A DNA stretch of 64,000 nt from the human T2T-CHM13v2.0 reference genome, Homo sapiens. The translations under genes and the position numbers were made by a program. The notes beneath the pieces are model-generated. The model made no database searches and was not told the origin of the DNA. It worked only from the letters and a program-made list of their open reading frames with translations. The DNA lies in NCBI RefSeq assembly GCF_009914755.1, contig NC_060935.1. One strand, given 5' to 3'. Below, piece by piece: positions 13,591 through 27,883 of this stretch. Position 1 is the stretch's first letter. The number at the start of each line of letters is the position of its first letter.

Positions 13591-13792
13591 TGTCTGAGCT
13601 AATCGTGACATAATCTTATTGAGTAAAGGCCTATGATTAAAAATAAGTTAGACAAAAACCATATGATCATCTCAATAGACACAGAAAAAGCATTTGACAA
13701 AATCCAGCATCCTTTTATGATAAAAAAAAAAAAGAACCCTCAGCAAGATTGGCATAGAAGGGATATGCCTCAAGGAAATAAAAGCCATCTGA

Positions 13793-14626
13793 CTGACAGG
13801 GTTTGGCTCTGTGTCCCTACCCAAATCTCATCTCAAACTATAATCCCCATGTATTGAGGGAGGAACCTGGTGGGAGGTGATTGGATCATGGAAGCAGTTT
13901 CCCCCATACTGTTCTCATGATTGTGAATGAGGTCTTATGAGATCTGATGGTTTTATAAGTGGCAGTTTTCCCTGCTTTCTTGCTCTCTCTCTCTCACTCT
14001 TTCTCAATCTCTGAATCATGCCTGCCACCATGTAAGATATACCTTGTTTCCCCTTAGCCTTCTGCCATGATTGTAAGTTTCCTGAGGCTTCCTCATTTAT
14101 GTGGAACTGTGAGCCAATTAAACATCTTACCTCTATAAATTACCCAGTCTAGGGTATTTTTTTATAGCAGTGAGGAAACAAAACTAATACAAGAAAGTTG
14201 TGCTGTAGAGAGTGGGGCACTGCTATAAAGACAATCTAAAAATGTGGATGCAACTTTGGAACTAGGTAACAGGTAGAGGTTGGAACAGTTTGGAGGGCTC
14301 AGAAGAAGACAGGAAGATGTAAGAAAGTTTGGAAATTCCTATAGACTTTTTGAATGGTTTTGACCAAAATACTGATAATAATATGAACAATGAAGTCCAG
14401 GCTGAGGTAGACTCAGATGGAGATGAATAACTTATTGGGAAATGGAGCAAAGGTCACTCTTGCTATGCTTTAGCAAAGAGACTGGTGGGGGAAATGGAGC
14501 AAACGTCACTCTTGCTATGCTTTAGCAAAGAGACTGGTGGCATTGGCCTAAGCCCTCAAGATCTGTGGAACTTTGTACTTGAGAGAGATGATATGAAATT
14601 GGAATTTATGTTTTAAAAGGGAAGCA
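13793..14626 (+). mobile_element. THE1D-like 5' LTR (13793-14191) plus ~430 bp of internal sequence; no 3' LTR
   Basis: tgacagggtttggctctgtgtccctacccaaatctcatc...actaataca, then MaLR-int ggaacagtttggagggctcagaagaagacaggaagatg. Confidence 0.9.
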
Positions 14627-15274
14627 AAAAAAAGCTTCTGCATAGGAAAAATAATAATAATAGCAGAGTAAACAGACAACCCACAGGGTGAGAGAAAATA
14701 GTCACAAACTAAGCATCTGACAAAAGACTAATATCAGAATCTTCAAGCAACTCAAACAAATAAGCAAGAAGAAAACAATAACCCCATATAAAAATGAGCA
14801 AAGGACGTGAATAGACAGTCCTTGAAAGAAGATATACAAATGCCCAACAAGCATATGAATAAATGATCAAAATCACTAATGACTGGGGAAATGCAAATTA
14901 AAACCTCAATGAGATACCACCTTCTCCTCTAAGAATGGCTATGATTAAAATGTCAAAAAAAAAAGATGTTAGTGTGGGTGTGGTGAAAAGGGAACACTTT
15001 TTTACTACTGTTGGCAATGTAAACTAGCACAACCACTATGGAAAACAGTATGGAGATTCCTTAAAGAACTAAAAGTAGAACTACTATTCAGTCAAGCAAT
15101 CCAAATACTCAATCAAGCAATCCAAATACTGGGTACCTACCCAAAGGAAAGGAAAATAAGTCATTATATAAAAAGGACATTTCCACTTGCGTATTTATAG
15201 CAGCACAATTCACAACTGCAAAAATATGGAACTAGCGTAAATGCCCATTGACCAACGGGCGGATAAAGAAACTG

Positions 15275-15358
15275 TGATATATATATATGATATATATCAT
15301 ATATATGTGTGTCTATATATATGTGTGTGTGTGTGTGTGTGGGTGTGTATATATATAT
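15275..15358. repeat. (TA)n/(TG)n compound microsatellite inside L1PB
   Basis: Directly visible. Confidence 0.9.
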
Positions 15359-17377
15359 CCACCATGGAATACTACTCAGCCATAAAAAGGATTGAAATAA
15401 TGGCATTTGAAGCAACCTGGATGGAGTTGGAGATCAGTATTCTAAGTAACTCAGGAATGGAAAAATCAAACATTGCATATTCTCATTTATAAGTGGGAGC
15501 TATAAGGATGGAAAGGCATAAGAATGACATAATGGACTTTGGGGAACCAGGAGGAAGGGTAGGAGTGGGGTTAGGGATAAAAGGCTACACATTGGTTACA
15601 GTGAACACTGCTCAGGTGATGGGTGCACCAAATTCAGGAATCACCATAAAGAACGTATTCATGTAACCAAAAACTTCCTGTTCCCCAAAAACTATTGAAA
15701 TAAAATAAGTTTGAGAGGTGCTACAATATTTTTTCATGTAAATTACCAGGTAAATTTAACAACCCCTGAATGAGAGGGCAATCTGTATACCCAGTAAGTC
15801 TAGAAACTTCTGAACCAATATCTGTGGTGCTAACTGATTTATTATTTTCTTTTACAGTAATACAAAAGCTGATATGAACCTGAATTCTTCCCAAAGGAAG
15901 AAAACTGCAAATGCCAGAGCCCCAATTTAGGTCTATATTTTTTTCTAATTTGTCCACCAACATTTCTCCAAAAATGAAGATGTTCTCATTTTCTCCACAT
16001 CCTTCTCATTATCTACTTGCAGCTCTCCAATGATTATTATTATACTAACCTGTTCATGGAAATGCTTTCATCTATTTTTTTCTAATGGAAGCATACTCAC
16101 ATTTTTCCATTTATTTTTTTCCACTTTCATCTAAGACATAAGTTATCCACCCTCTCCCACATTCCATTTTCAATATTTGACCTTAAATATCTCCACTTGT
16201 CAAGATGACTGACAGCTAACACTAAGACATCAGGTGCAATACTGAAATTTTTTTCTTAAGAAAAAGATCTGGAAAAATCTTACTATACCTTTGAATATTT
16301 CTGTGTCTTTGAATATTCTTTGCCTTAACTCCCTGCAGGACTAGAAACTCCTAACTCTCCAAATTTCCATATAAAATGTGCATTCTCAAGATTGTGAACA
16401 TTAAGCAGAATATATACTTTATAATTTGACCTCTGTTATTTAGGGAAGTGTTCACATTTTTAAATATGTAAAATCAAGTGGAAATGTGAATGCAAGTCTA
16501 TACCAACACTAATAAAATATTTCTTATTCTCAATACAAAATTTCTCAACTTTTTTTCTGGAAACTGTTCTTTGGAAACCTTACCCTAAGCCCTCAATCCT
16601 TTTTTTTTTTTTTTTGAAAAAAAATTTAATACAAGACCAAAAAAATTTAATACAAGACCCTGGCTTCACTTAAAGTTACTTAATGCCAGGAAAATAATGG
16701 AATGCCTTTGTTGTTCCAAACTTTCTACATAAGGAAAGTATAAAATGCATCTTGTGTTTCCTACCTAATTGAAAGGTGCTTTTGAAATTAACTCTTGATA
16801 ATTAAAACTTTTAAACTTTAATATTCAGAATTAAAAAATAAGAATATAGTGACATGTAAACTCATTGTTCATAGAATGGTAAATTAATTGTAACTGACCC
16901 AAACCAATAACATATATCTAACAAACTGAACAATATTAGCAGCTGAGTTAAATCAAATGTAAAATGTTTTTCTTTAAAAGGGGCAAATTCTCAAAAATAT
17001 GAGAAAAATAGGATTATTTTTAAGTTTTTCCCTCTTTCTTCATTGCATGCATTTCAATGTCTTGGGCACTTTATTTCACACTTCTAAGTGAAATTTTAAA
17101 ATTTGTAACATATTCAGAAAAGTACACTAGTTAGTTACAGGGATACCAGGTAATGTATTTTTTTAAGGAGTATACATTTATCATCAGTACCCAGATCAAA
17201 AATATGCTTCAAAATATCTGATTTCATTCACTGAAATAAATAGTTTAATATTGACTGCCTTAGTCTTTCTTTGTGCAAACTCCTTTACTTTTTTGCTAGG
17301 CCATCTGTTTTTCTTATTTTTGCCTATATTATCCCCAGTCTAGAATTTTCTAACTTACTCCTTCATTTGACTTACTA

Positions 17378-17878
<501 letters not shown>

Positions 17879-18412
17879 TTAATTGATAATTTTTTTCCCC
17901 GTTAGCTGTTTTAACAATTTATTTTGCACTATGTTTAGTAGCATTATTTTAAAAATCATTTTGTGGTTTTAGACATAAAAATGCTATTAATGGTATTTAG
18001 ACATAAAAATCTGAGTATTTATTTGTACTTAGTACACAGTACATTAAAGCCATAAAGAAATATATTCTCTCTTAGACACTGGATATTAGGGGATATCTCA
18101 ATGACCTAGGTGACATGTACAGATGTTTCTCATTCACTGACGATCTCTGACAAACAGCTCTTTAATTCAATATACACTAATTTAAAATAGCCTTTTTCAC
18201 TACAGTTTTTAAGTCATTGCCAACTGGGTAAATTCACTCATATCAGTTGTGGTTAGTTAATTCTAAAAAGTGGCAGAAACAGCAGCATATTAGCCTATAC
18301 AGAAAAGAAAAATCTTGCAGCCAACAGTGAAAACTTTAGAAATGTGAACAAAATTATTTTTTCTTACCCTACTTATATTAAAATATATTAAAGAATATAT
18401 ATTATGACACAG

Positions 18413-18537
18413 TTAGATGGCAGCCAACTGTAAGCCAAGGAGAGAGACCTCACCAGACACCAATCCTATGGACACCTTGATCTTAGACTTCTAGCCTCCA
18501 GAAGTATAAGAAAATAAATTTCTGGTTTTTAAGCCAC
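18413..18537 (+). mobile_element. MLT1 LTR fragment
   Basis: caccttgatcttagacttctagcctccagaagtataagaaaataaatttctgg. Confidence 0.8.
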
Positions 18538-19339
18538 GCACACACATACACGTGTGTGTGTGTGTGTATAAATATATATTTAAAATAACCTTTTTCACTA
18601 CACACACACATATATTGTTTGTTCACATTTCTAATTTTATATATAATATATATAAATATATTACGTATACAATATATAATATATATCACCTTTCAAGAAG
18701 TTTCATTCATTGTTTTTCTTAACGCTATAGCGTTAAGAGTTTCTTTAGTTTAAAGTTGTTTTGTTTTGTTTCACAGTAAAAACAGAGGCACTAAATTTCC
18801 AATGAAAAGTGTTTTTAAGCCAGCAGCATGGGTTGAAAGGAGCGGAAAGGAAAATCTGAAGAGATAGATAGAATACTTCATCTTTCCATTCAACATGTCT
18901 TACGAGAATCTGCTAAGACACATAATGTATAACAATTCACTATAGAAAGGAAAATGAAATAATCTCAATAAAAAATTTTCAGATCTATCCTCACACTGTC
19001 AAAGAGAAATTTATCTAAATCATTCCACTTGGGAGACTCCACTTCATATTTTACAACTCATTTAACTCCAACAATCTTCATCATCTAAAAGTGTTCCTTT
19101 TGTGTCATAAATGACCTAGGATGCAAGCAAAGAAGCATTCATGAGAGAAGATAATGCATCCCTCACTTTCTCATTGGGAAGGTAATAGTGAATTTTGCAA
19201 AGTCTTAAGATGAATGCTCAAGAGCTAGAAAGGGGCAGTAAAGAAGATGGGTGAGGAATAAGTTAGGTATTTGGAAAGAGACTGCATAGTCATTCTGCAT
19301 TTTGGCTAGAATTATCTTTGGTCTGATGGGAGGGGCACA

Positions 19340-19828
19340 GTTCTCATTTCCTATGGCTGCTGTTACAAATTATGGCAAACTTGGTGACTTCATAAATCAC
19401 ACATTTATTCTCTTAACACTCTAAAGGCCAGAATGTAAAATCGTTACACTGTGCAGATATCAAGATATACACAGTACCATATGCCCCTTGAATCCTTTAG
19501 GGAAGAATCTGATCCCTGCTTTTCCCAGCATCTGGAGGCTGCCATCATTCCTTGACTTGTGGCCCCATAATTCCCTCCCCTGTCTAAGTGGTCACATTGC
19601 TTCTCCACTTCTGCCTGTATCAAATCTCTCTCTACTTCTGCCTGTATCAAATTCCCTTACAAGAACCTTATGATTTCATTGAGGCCCTACTTGATAATGC
19701 AGAATTGCCCCATCTCAAGATTCTTAATCACTTCTGCAAAGACCTTTTCTAAATATGGGGTGAAATGTATAACTTAAGGGCATTAGGAGATAACAGATCT
19801 TTTAAGGGGCATTAACTAGCCTACCACA
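19340..19828 (-). mobile_element. MLT1C/D-like solo LTR
   Basis: ggctgctgttacaaattatggcaaacttggtgac...catctcaagattcttaatcacttctgcaaagacc...cctaccaca. Confidence 0.85.
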
Positions 19829-21600
19829 GATGGGGATAAGGCAAGAGGTTGAAAGGTAAAGGTTTCAAGGTCACAGGTGATATATGAACGACCCCTGTGC
19901 TAAGGAAATATATGACATTTTTGGAGCATGAAAGTTTTATATTTACAGAGAATTTGAGGCTAAGAAGACAGAATCCTGCATTTACCTTGGGTTTGCTATA
20001 GAAATCAAAATTGATCCACTTAAAGTTACCAGCAGATAGGAATAACATTTCATATTTCATACACTTATAATGTTTGGCATATACTTTTTAACCCCAATTC
20101 TTCTTTTTAAAAGTTCTTTGAGGAACCAAGAAAAGTAAAAGTCCCATTTTGCAAAGAGAACAAATAAGGCTCTCAGAACTTAAGTAATGTGCTAAAAACC
20201 AGTCAGCCAGTAATACTTGGCCAAGTCCACTGATTCAATGCCTCCCCCTCTGGCACATATAATTTTAATATATCTTAGATTTTTCTACCTTCTCACACAT
20301 TGTAGGATCTCTGAGAAATGAAGTATCACAGATGACATGCCTAAAATCCACCCCGTGATTTCAAAACACAAAGAGAATGCTGCTGATCATCTGTGAGTTC
20401 CAGAGTTAGAGGCATTCAAATCTTTCAATTTGATGAGAATGACTCCACATTCTCTCATTTAGATAATTATGCTTTTCTCGAAGGTAAGAAAGCAAGTCCA
20501 CATCTGTAGAGGGAGGATAGGATCTGGCAGTGGAGCTGCTGGTTCCTCTCTATTTCTCAGGACACAGCACACTCAATTTTACATGTTTCTGACCCTTTCA
20601 TGGAGGCACACATAAACCTTATACAAATGTCATGCTTTTTGAAAAGTAAGGATTATTTTAAAAGTAAAGACTAGAATCCTGAATTTACTGTCTCATTTGA
20701 GTAAAATGCTGCCTCCAATTAAAGAAACTATTAAGAATATTTGAAGGTATATGGAAAATATGGGGAGTAAGTCACCATATATGTGCAAAATGCCATCTCT
20801 CCTTAACATATTCGGGCTCTTGTCTTCGAGCATTTTCTTTCTATCTAGTAACTTAGAAATTGAAAGCAAAATAGCACAGTGGACATGGTTGTTAATGTGT
20901 TATTCTTCTATCATTTTCTATAACTGATTAATGGGAGAAAAGTAAAAGGTTAATTTTCTAATTACGTACTCTCCCAAGGTAAATTATGCATGTTATCATA
21001 TTCATTGACACACTATAATGGGCATTTTATGGAAAAATGATTTTCTCTGAAGCTACGAACAATCAACAGTATATTTTTAGGAAGGAAGTAGGCAGCAGGC
21101 AAGCCAGTGAAAAGACCGGCCTCTACCAAAAAATATGTTCACGAGCAGCTTTTGCCTTCAAAGCAAATTGTGGTGATTCCAAATCATTCTGTCCAGCCAT
21201 ATGAGTCAAGTATAGGCTGCAGAATTGGACCTGATTTTGACTCCTGACTTTTTCCATTTATTAATCACATGACATAAATATATTTTATATGTCTAAGCAT
21301 TGACTAATTCATTGATAAGTGGAAATAATTATTGTGAGAACATAATTACATGCAGAAACACAGTGATGTATATATAGCAAGTAATGTATAGCAAGTGTCT
21401 ATCACATATACTCTCAATACATTATAACTGCGATCATGAGTCATGAGAGAAGTTGAAATTAGGAAGTGAATTGTGGTGTTAAGTACATCCTTAATTAGAA
21501 GTGTCTGTGTAAATAGAATCTTCCCAGATCATGTCCCCATTTAGTTTTCTTTTTGTGAGGAAAGAGTATAGGAGATAGATATAAATAGATTCCTGTGATA

Positions 21601-22040
21601 TTTTTATTTCTTTACTGAAATAGAATTGATGTTCACAAACGCTTATATTTAATGTATACATTTTTATAGGTTTGTACTTATGTCTACATTTGTGCTACCA
21701 ACACCATAATCAAGGTACTAAACCTATGCATCACCTCCAAAAATTTCCCTGTGTTCCTGTGTGTATGTGTGTGTGTATTTTTTTTGATTTTTTGCTTTTG
21801 TGGTTAGAACACCTAACACGAGGTCTATCTTCTTATCATATTTTAAAGCACAAAACACCATACTAGCTATAGGTATGATGTTGTGTAGCAGATTTCTAGA
21901 ACTTATTCATCTTGCATAACTGAAACTTTATACCCATTAGGTAGCGATTTCCTATTTTCTTCTCTCCCCAGTTCTTGGCAACCACTATTTTATTCACTCC
22001 CTCTATGAGTTTGACTATTTTAAGTACCTCATATAAGTGG
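21601..22040 (-). mobile_element. L1MA/MB-type 3'UTR (non-inverted part of a 5'-inverted L1)
   Basis: Reverse-complement L1M 3'UTR: cttggcaaccactattt...gagtttgactattttaagtacctcatataagtgg. T-rich left end. Confidence 0.85.
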
Positions 22041-23268
<1,228 letters not shown>

Positions 23269-23809
23269 AGCTCATAGCATTTATATGAATAACAGAAGAA
23301 TTATAGAGGAGAAAGTACTTGGACCTTTAGACCAATTAGTTTGTAAACCTCAGGGAGACTCCCAAGTCTCTTTAGGATCCATCCTCTGGTGCATTCACTC
23401 AGACTTTCTAGCGACTAGTCATGTTTAAAAGAACATAAATGAGGACAACTTAAATAAGTCTATTATAGAGAAGCTCAAGAAGTTTGGTGAAAGAAAGCCC
23501 AAGACCAAAAGTGAAGTCCCAGTGTTTTAGGCCCATTTTTGTACCCTTTCTAGCACAAAACAACCACACTAATGGATGTCACACATTTCAAATATTGTTC
23601 CAGCTTCATTCCACTTTTATTATTAATCTTAATATGTGATTTAGGGAGCTTTTTATTTAGCACTGTCAATGAAAAATGAGATACTAGGGAAACAGTGGCT
23701 TGTTCGTTTTAAGGATATTTTCCTATTTCCTGAAAAAAATTGTTATAGCAGGTTGTCTTGTATATTTATACAGAATAAATTTACCTTTAACAAAACAATG
23801 GTAGGTGGT

Positions 23810-24025
23810 GATAATAGTGTGAGATTTAGAATAAGACCTGGGTTCAAATATTACTTTCTCTGTAACTCTGAGCAATTGCTTAATCTCTCTGAATCACAGA
23901 GAGTTTTCCTTACTTGTAAAATGAAGATAACAGCAATACTGGAGGGCTGTTAGGATGATTAAATATTAACATAAGCGAAAATCCTGGCACAATCCTTGAC
24001 CAATTGGAGCCACTGAACCAATAGA
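23810..24025 (+). mobile_element. MIR
   Basis: agacctgggttcaaat...cttaatctctctgaatc...tgtaaaatgaagataac core. Confidence 0.75.
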
Positions 24026-24099
24026 TTTTTGAGTATTATGGTTTACGAAGATAAACAAACAAACAACACCTCAGTGGACAGATAAAGATTCACAGAAGT

Positions 24100-24453
24100 T
24101 GATGTGGTTTGGCTCTGTGTCCCCACCCAAATCTCATCTTGAATTGTACTCCCATAATTCCCATGTGTTGTGGGGGGGTACCCAGTGGGAGATAATTTGA
24201 ATCATGAGGGTAGTTTCCCCTATATGGTTCTCATGGTAGTGAATAAGTCCCACAAGATCTGATGGTTTTATCAGGGGTTTCTGCTTTTGCATATTCCTCA
24301 TTTTTTCTTGCCACCACCATGTAAGAAGATCCTTTCACCTCCTGCAATGATTCTGAGGCCTCCCCAGGCATTTGGAAATATAAGTCCAATTAAACCTCTT
24401 TTTCTTCCCATTCTCTGGTATGTCTTTATCAGCAGCGTGAAACAGACTAATAT
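24100..24453 (+). mobile_element. THE1A-like solo LTR
   Basis: tgatgtggtttggctctgtgtccccacccaaatctcatcttgaattgtactccc...ttatcaggggtttc...gactaatata. Confidence 0.92.
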
Positions 24454-26629
24454 AGAGAAGTTTACTGATCACACGTTTTCACAGCCAGGCGGAGGAGGAC
24501 ACCACAGGCTAGGCATATATAAGGCTTGCACTAGGGAACAGAATGAGCAACTGTGGGCTGTGGGAAACAGGATTAAGAGACTTAGGTGTCCCTGGTTTTA
24601 TGAGAGGGTATGACTGTCATAGTTGAATAATTTTGCAGGCTGGAAGGGAACCCTTTCAGGGATGAGCAGGAACTGTACCTCCTCCACTTGAGAAAAAGGG
24701 TTGTTTGGCTAGCATTTACAGGAACGGAATGAAGAGGAGATTTTCAGGTTGGGCAATTTGAGATCATCCTTATTTCTCCAGATGATAAAGCAACATAAAA
24801 TATTGAACCTTAGTTTTAGGCCTCACAATACAGTAACAAAGCTTAATCTTCCTGGGATCATTTTATCCCCTTTTTCCTTAAAAGGAAAAATGAAAAGACT
24901 ATCAGGATAGTTATATTTTTCAAAATGTCTAACAATCACATAGATGGTATTATAATCAATCTGATGATAATTTTAGGCCTAAAAGAATGAGGAGAAGAGA
25001 AGAACTATTCAAACCAGAGACATCTTGGAAACCATCTGGAAAGCTGCATTAAATGATGGTGCTGACTCTGTTGATCTAGTTTTGAATTAATATTACAGGT
25101 TTAGTAGTAAGTGGGTGGGGGAAAAAAGCAGATAAATGGCAATGTTGGTGCAATTTAATTATTGGCTTGTTAAGGTAATTTTTTTCCCTAAATCTTAAAA
25201 AAGTAATAAATGTATTTTCAAACAATCAAGAATAACAGAACAGTAAAAAAGCAAAACAAAACAAAATAAAACAAAAAATCTATCTGCTGATGACCAGCAG
25301 ACCCCATTACCTCCAATGCACATAGACGTTAGCCTTTTGCCCTTTTGTCTGAAATTGACCTGATTTCTGCTTTCTTCAACTGCATGGTTAGAAATTTCAT
25401 CAAAAATCTCAGTTAATTTAATTTAGCTACATATTTCATTTCTAGACTTATATTTTGCCTAATATTTTGCAGTTATGGATATTGTAGGCAGTAATTGTTT
25501 TAGATCAAACTTCTTATTTTGACAATTCTTTTTAACTCTAAGATCTCCCATCATTAGTTAAGCAGCAGGAACTATTTTATTTCTGCCTAGGTTTCAGAGT
25601 ATGAAAAAGAGAAATAACAGAGTTCAATTTCAGGCTTTTGAGCTCTTAAGTAGACTTTGCAGAATCTATAGGAAGAAAAAAGTGTCCAGTATTTATAGGT
25701 TAAGAGTTACAGAGCTAATTCCAACTCAAAAACCTTACATTGCTGCTTGCTACAGTGACAAATAGTAGGCATGTGATTAGATAAAAAACTGTCTGGATTT
25801 CTGAGAAAGTGTCCTATGTGTACTTCTACTCCTATTTCCCACCTCTACCCCAGTCGTGGAGCTGTGTTTAAATATAGTTTATATCTGATATAAAGAATAT
25901 GTGCATCTGAAATGCAGAAGACACTTAGACCACAGACATCAGTCAAGGACAACACTGAACAATGGTAACAACCTTCTGAGTAACATCTCAAAAGATTCCA
26001 GGACGAACAGGAGACACCAGGTGATACAGGATGTCATTTCCCCAATTTATGGACAACACAAGCATTGCCTTCCTCTACTTTTATTTCGTCTAGAAGTAAA
26101 GGTCAAAAGGAAGCAGCAAACACTGAATTGACTCAATTAAAATCAAGAATCAAACACGTAAACTCAGGAATGACACAATTCATCTTGAATCTTCCAGGTT
26201 AGGTTGCTTTTACTGAGTAAAAATTGAAGTTTAATTTTACTAAATTATTTAAAATAGTTCTTTTGTAGAACTTATTAATGACAATAAATTTTAACCCTTC
26301 CCCATGGATAATGTCATTTCTAAAATATTGCATTTTATCTTAAAGTTAATAAAAACACAACACAAAAAAGCACCCCACATCTGAAATATTTTATCTTAAA
26401 TATGGCCCTATACCCTGTATTTGATGTTTTCTCCTTAGATAGTCCATAATTTTCTCAATAATAATTACTTTGTGAGTCAGCTTATGATGATGCAGGCTGC
26501 TAGTTCTTCCTGGTGTTGAGATAAATGAAAATGTATCCAAGCAAGCATCCAAAATTCTTCCCAAATCACAACAACATACAGTGGCAAATGATAACACTAG
26601 GTAATGAGCCCTTTAATATTCCAGACACA

Positions 26630-26800
26630 TCTGAAGTACTTTAGTGATATTTTCTTGGTTAATCTTCATAATAAGACTGAAATAAATATTATTTTGTCCT
26701 TTTACAGATGAGTAAAGTGAGGCAACACATTGTTCATTAATTTGCTAAACAGTCGGTCTGGCTCTTGAACATAGTTTCTTAATCCCTAAACTACATTATC
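26630..26800 (-). mobile_element. MIR fragment
   Basis: ttttacagatgagtaaagtgaggc core. Confidence 0.7.
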
Positions 26801-26828
26801 TCTTCAGTTCGACATACATCCTTATTAC

Positions 26829-27862
26829 TGAGAGGTGAAGCCAGCTGGACTTCCTGGGTCGAGTGGGGACTTGGAGAACTTTTCTGTCTAGCTAGAGGAT
26901 TGTAAATGCACCAATCAGCACTCTGTGTCTAGCTAAAGGATTGTAAACACAACAATCAACACTGTGTAAAAACGCACCAATCAGCACTCTATGTCTAGCT
27001 AAAGGATTGTAAACGCACCAATCAGCATTCTGTAAAAACGCACCAATCAGTGCTCTGTGTCTAGCTAAAGGATTGTAAATGCACCAATCAGCGCTCTGTA
27101 AAAATGCACCAATCAGCGCTCTGTGTCTAGCTAAAGGAAGGATTGTAAATGCGTCACTCAGCACTCTGTAAAAACGCACCAATCAGTGCTCTGTGTCTAG
27201 CTAAAGGCTTGTAAATGCACCAATCAGTGCTCTGTAAAATGGACCAATAAGTACTCTGTAAAATGGACCAATCAGCAGGACATGAGCTGTGCCAAATAAG
27301 GGAATAAAAGCTGGCCACCCAAGCCAGCAGCAGCAACCTGCTTGGTCCCCTTCCATGCTGTGTAAGCTTTGTTCTTTCACTCTTCACAGTAAATCTTGCT
27401 GCTGCTCACTCTTTGGGTCTGCACTACCTTTATGAGCTGTAACACTCACTGCAAGGGTCTGCGGCTTCGTTCCTGAAGTCGGCGAGACTACCAACCCACT
27501 GGGAGGAACAAACAAATCTGGACGTGCCACCTTTAAGAGCTGTAACACTCAATGCGAAGGTCTGCTGTTTCACTCCTGAAGTCAGCGAGACCATGAACCC
27601 ACTGGGAGGAACAAACAACTCTGGAGGTGCCACCTTTAAGAGCTGTAACACTCACTGCAAAGGTCTGCAGCTTCACTCCTGAAGTCAGCAAGAAAACAAA
27701 CTCACTGGAAGGAAGAAACTCCAGACACATCTGAACATCTGAAGGAAGAAACTCCAGACACACCATCTTTAAGAGCTGTAACACTCACCAAGAGGGTCCA
27801 TGGCTTCATTCTTGAAGTCAGGGAGAACAAGAACCAACTGGAAGGAACCAATTCTGGACACA
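26829..27862 (+). promoter_or_regulatory. 5' LTR12
   Basis: TG...CA termini. U3 tandem repeats with 10 intact CCAAT boxes, a TATA-like AATAAAA at about 27303, and tandem U5 repeats. Confidence 0.95.
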
Positions 27863-27865
27863 TTT

Positions 27866-27883
27866 TGGTGACCACAAAGGGAC
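27866..27883 (+). other. Primer-binding site, tRNA-Arg type
   Basis: TGGTGACCACAAAGGGAC begins 4 nt after the LTR and resembles TGGCGACCACGAAGGGAC with CpG decay. Confidence 0.85.

Larger units (their letters stand above)
13635..15708 (+). mobile_element. 5'-truncated L1PB (PB1/PB2-like), interrupted by THE1
   Basis: [27 protein letters not shown]2 C-terminus (MEYYSAIK), and an L1PB-type 3'UTR ending ccccaaaaactattgaaataaaa. Confidence 0.92.

Noticed and set aside
26885-27860. Regular repeats resembling a CRISPR array
   Set aside because: They are tandem LTR12 U3/U5 repeats with no unique spacers, in primate DNA with no cas genes.
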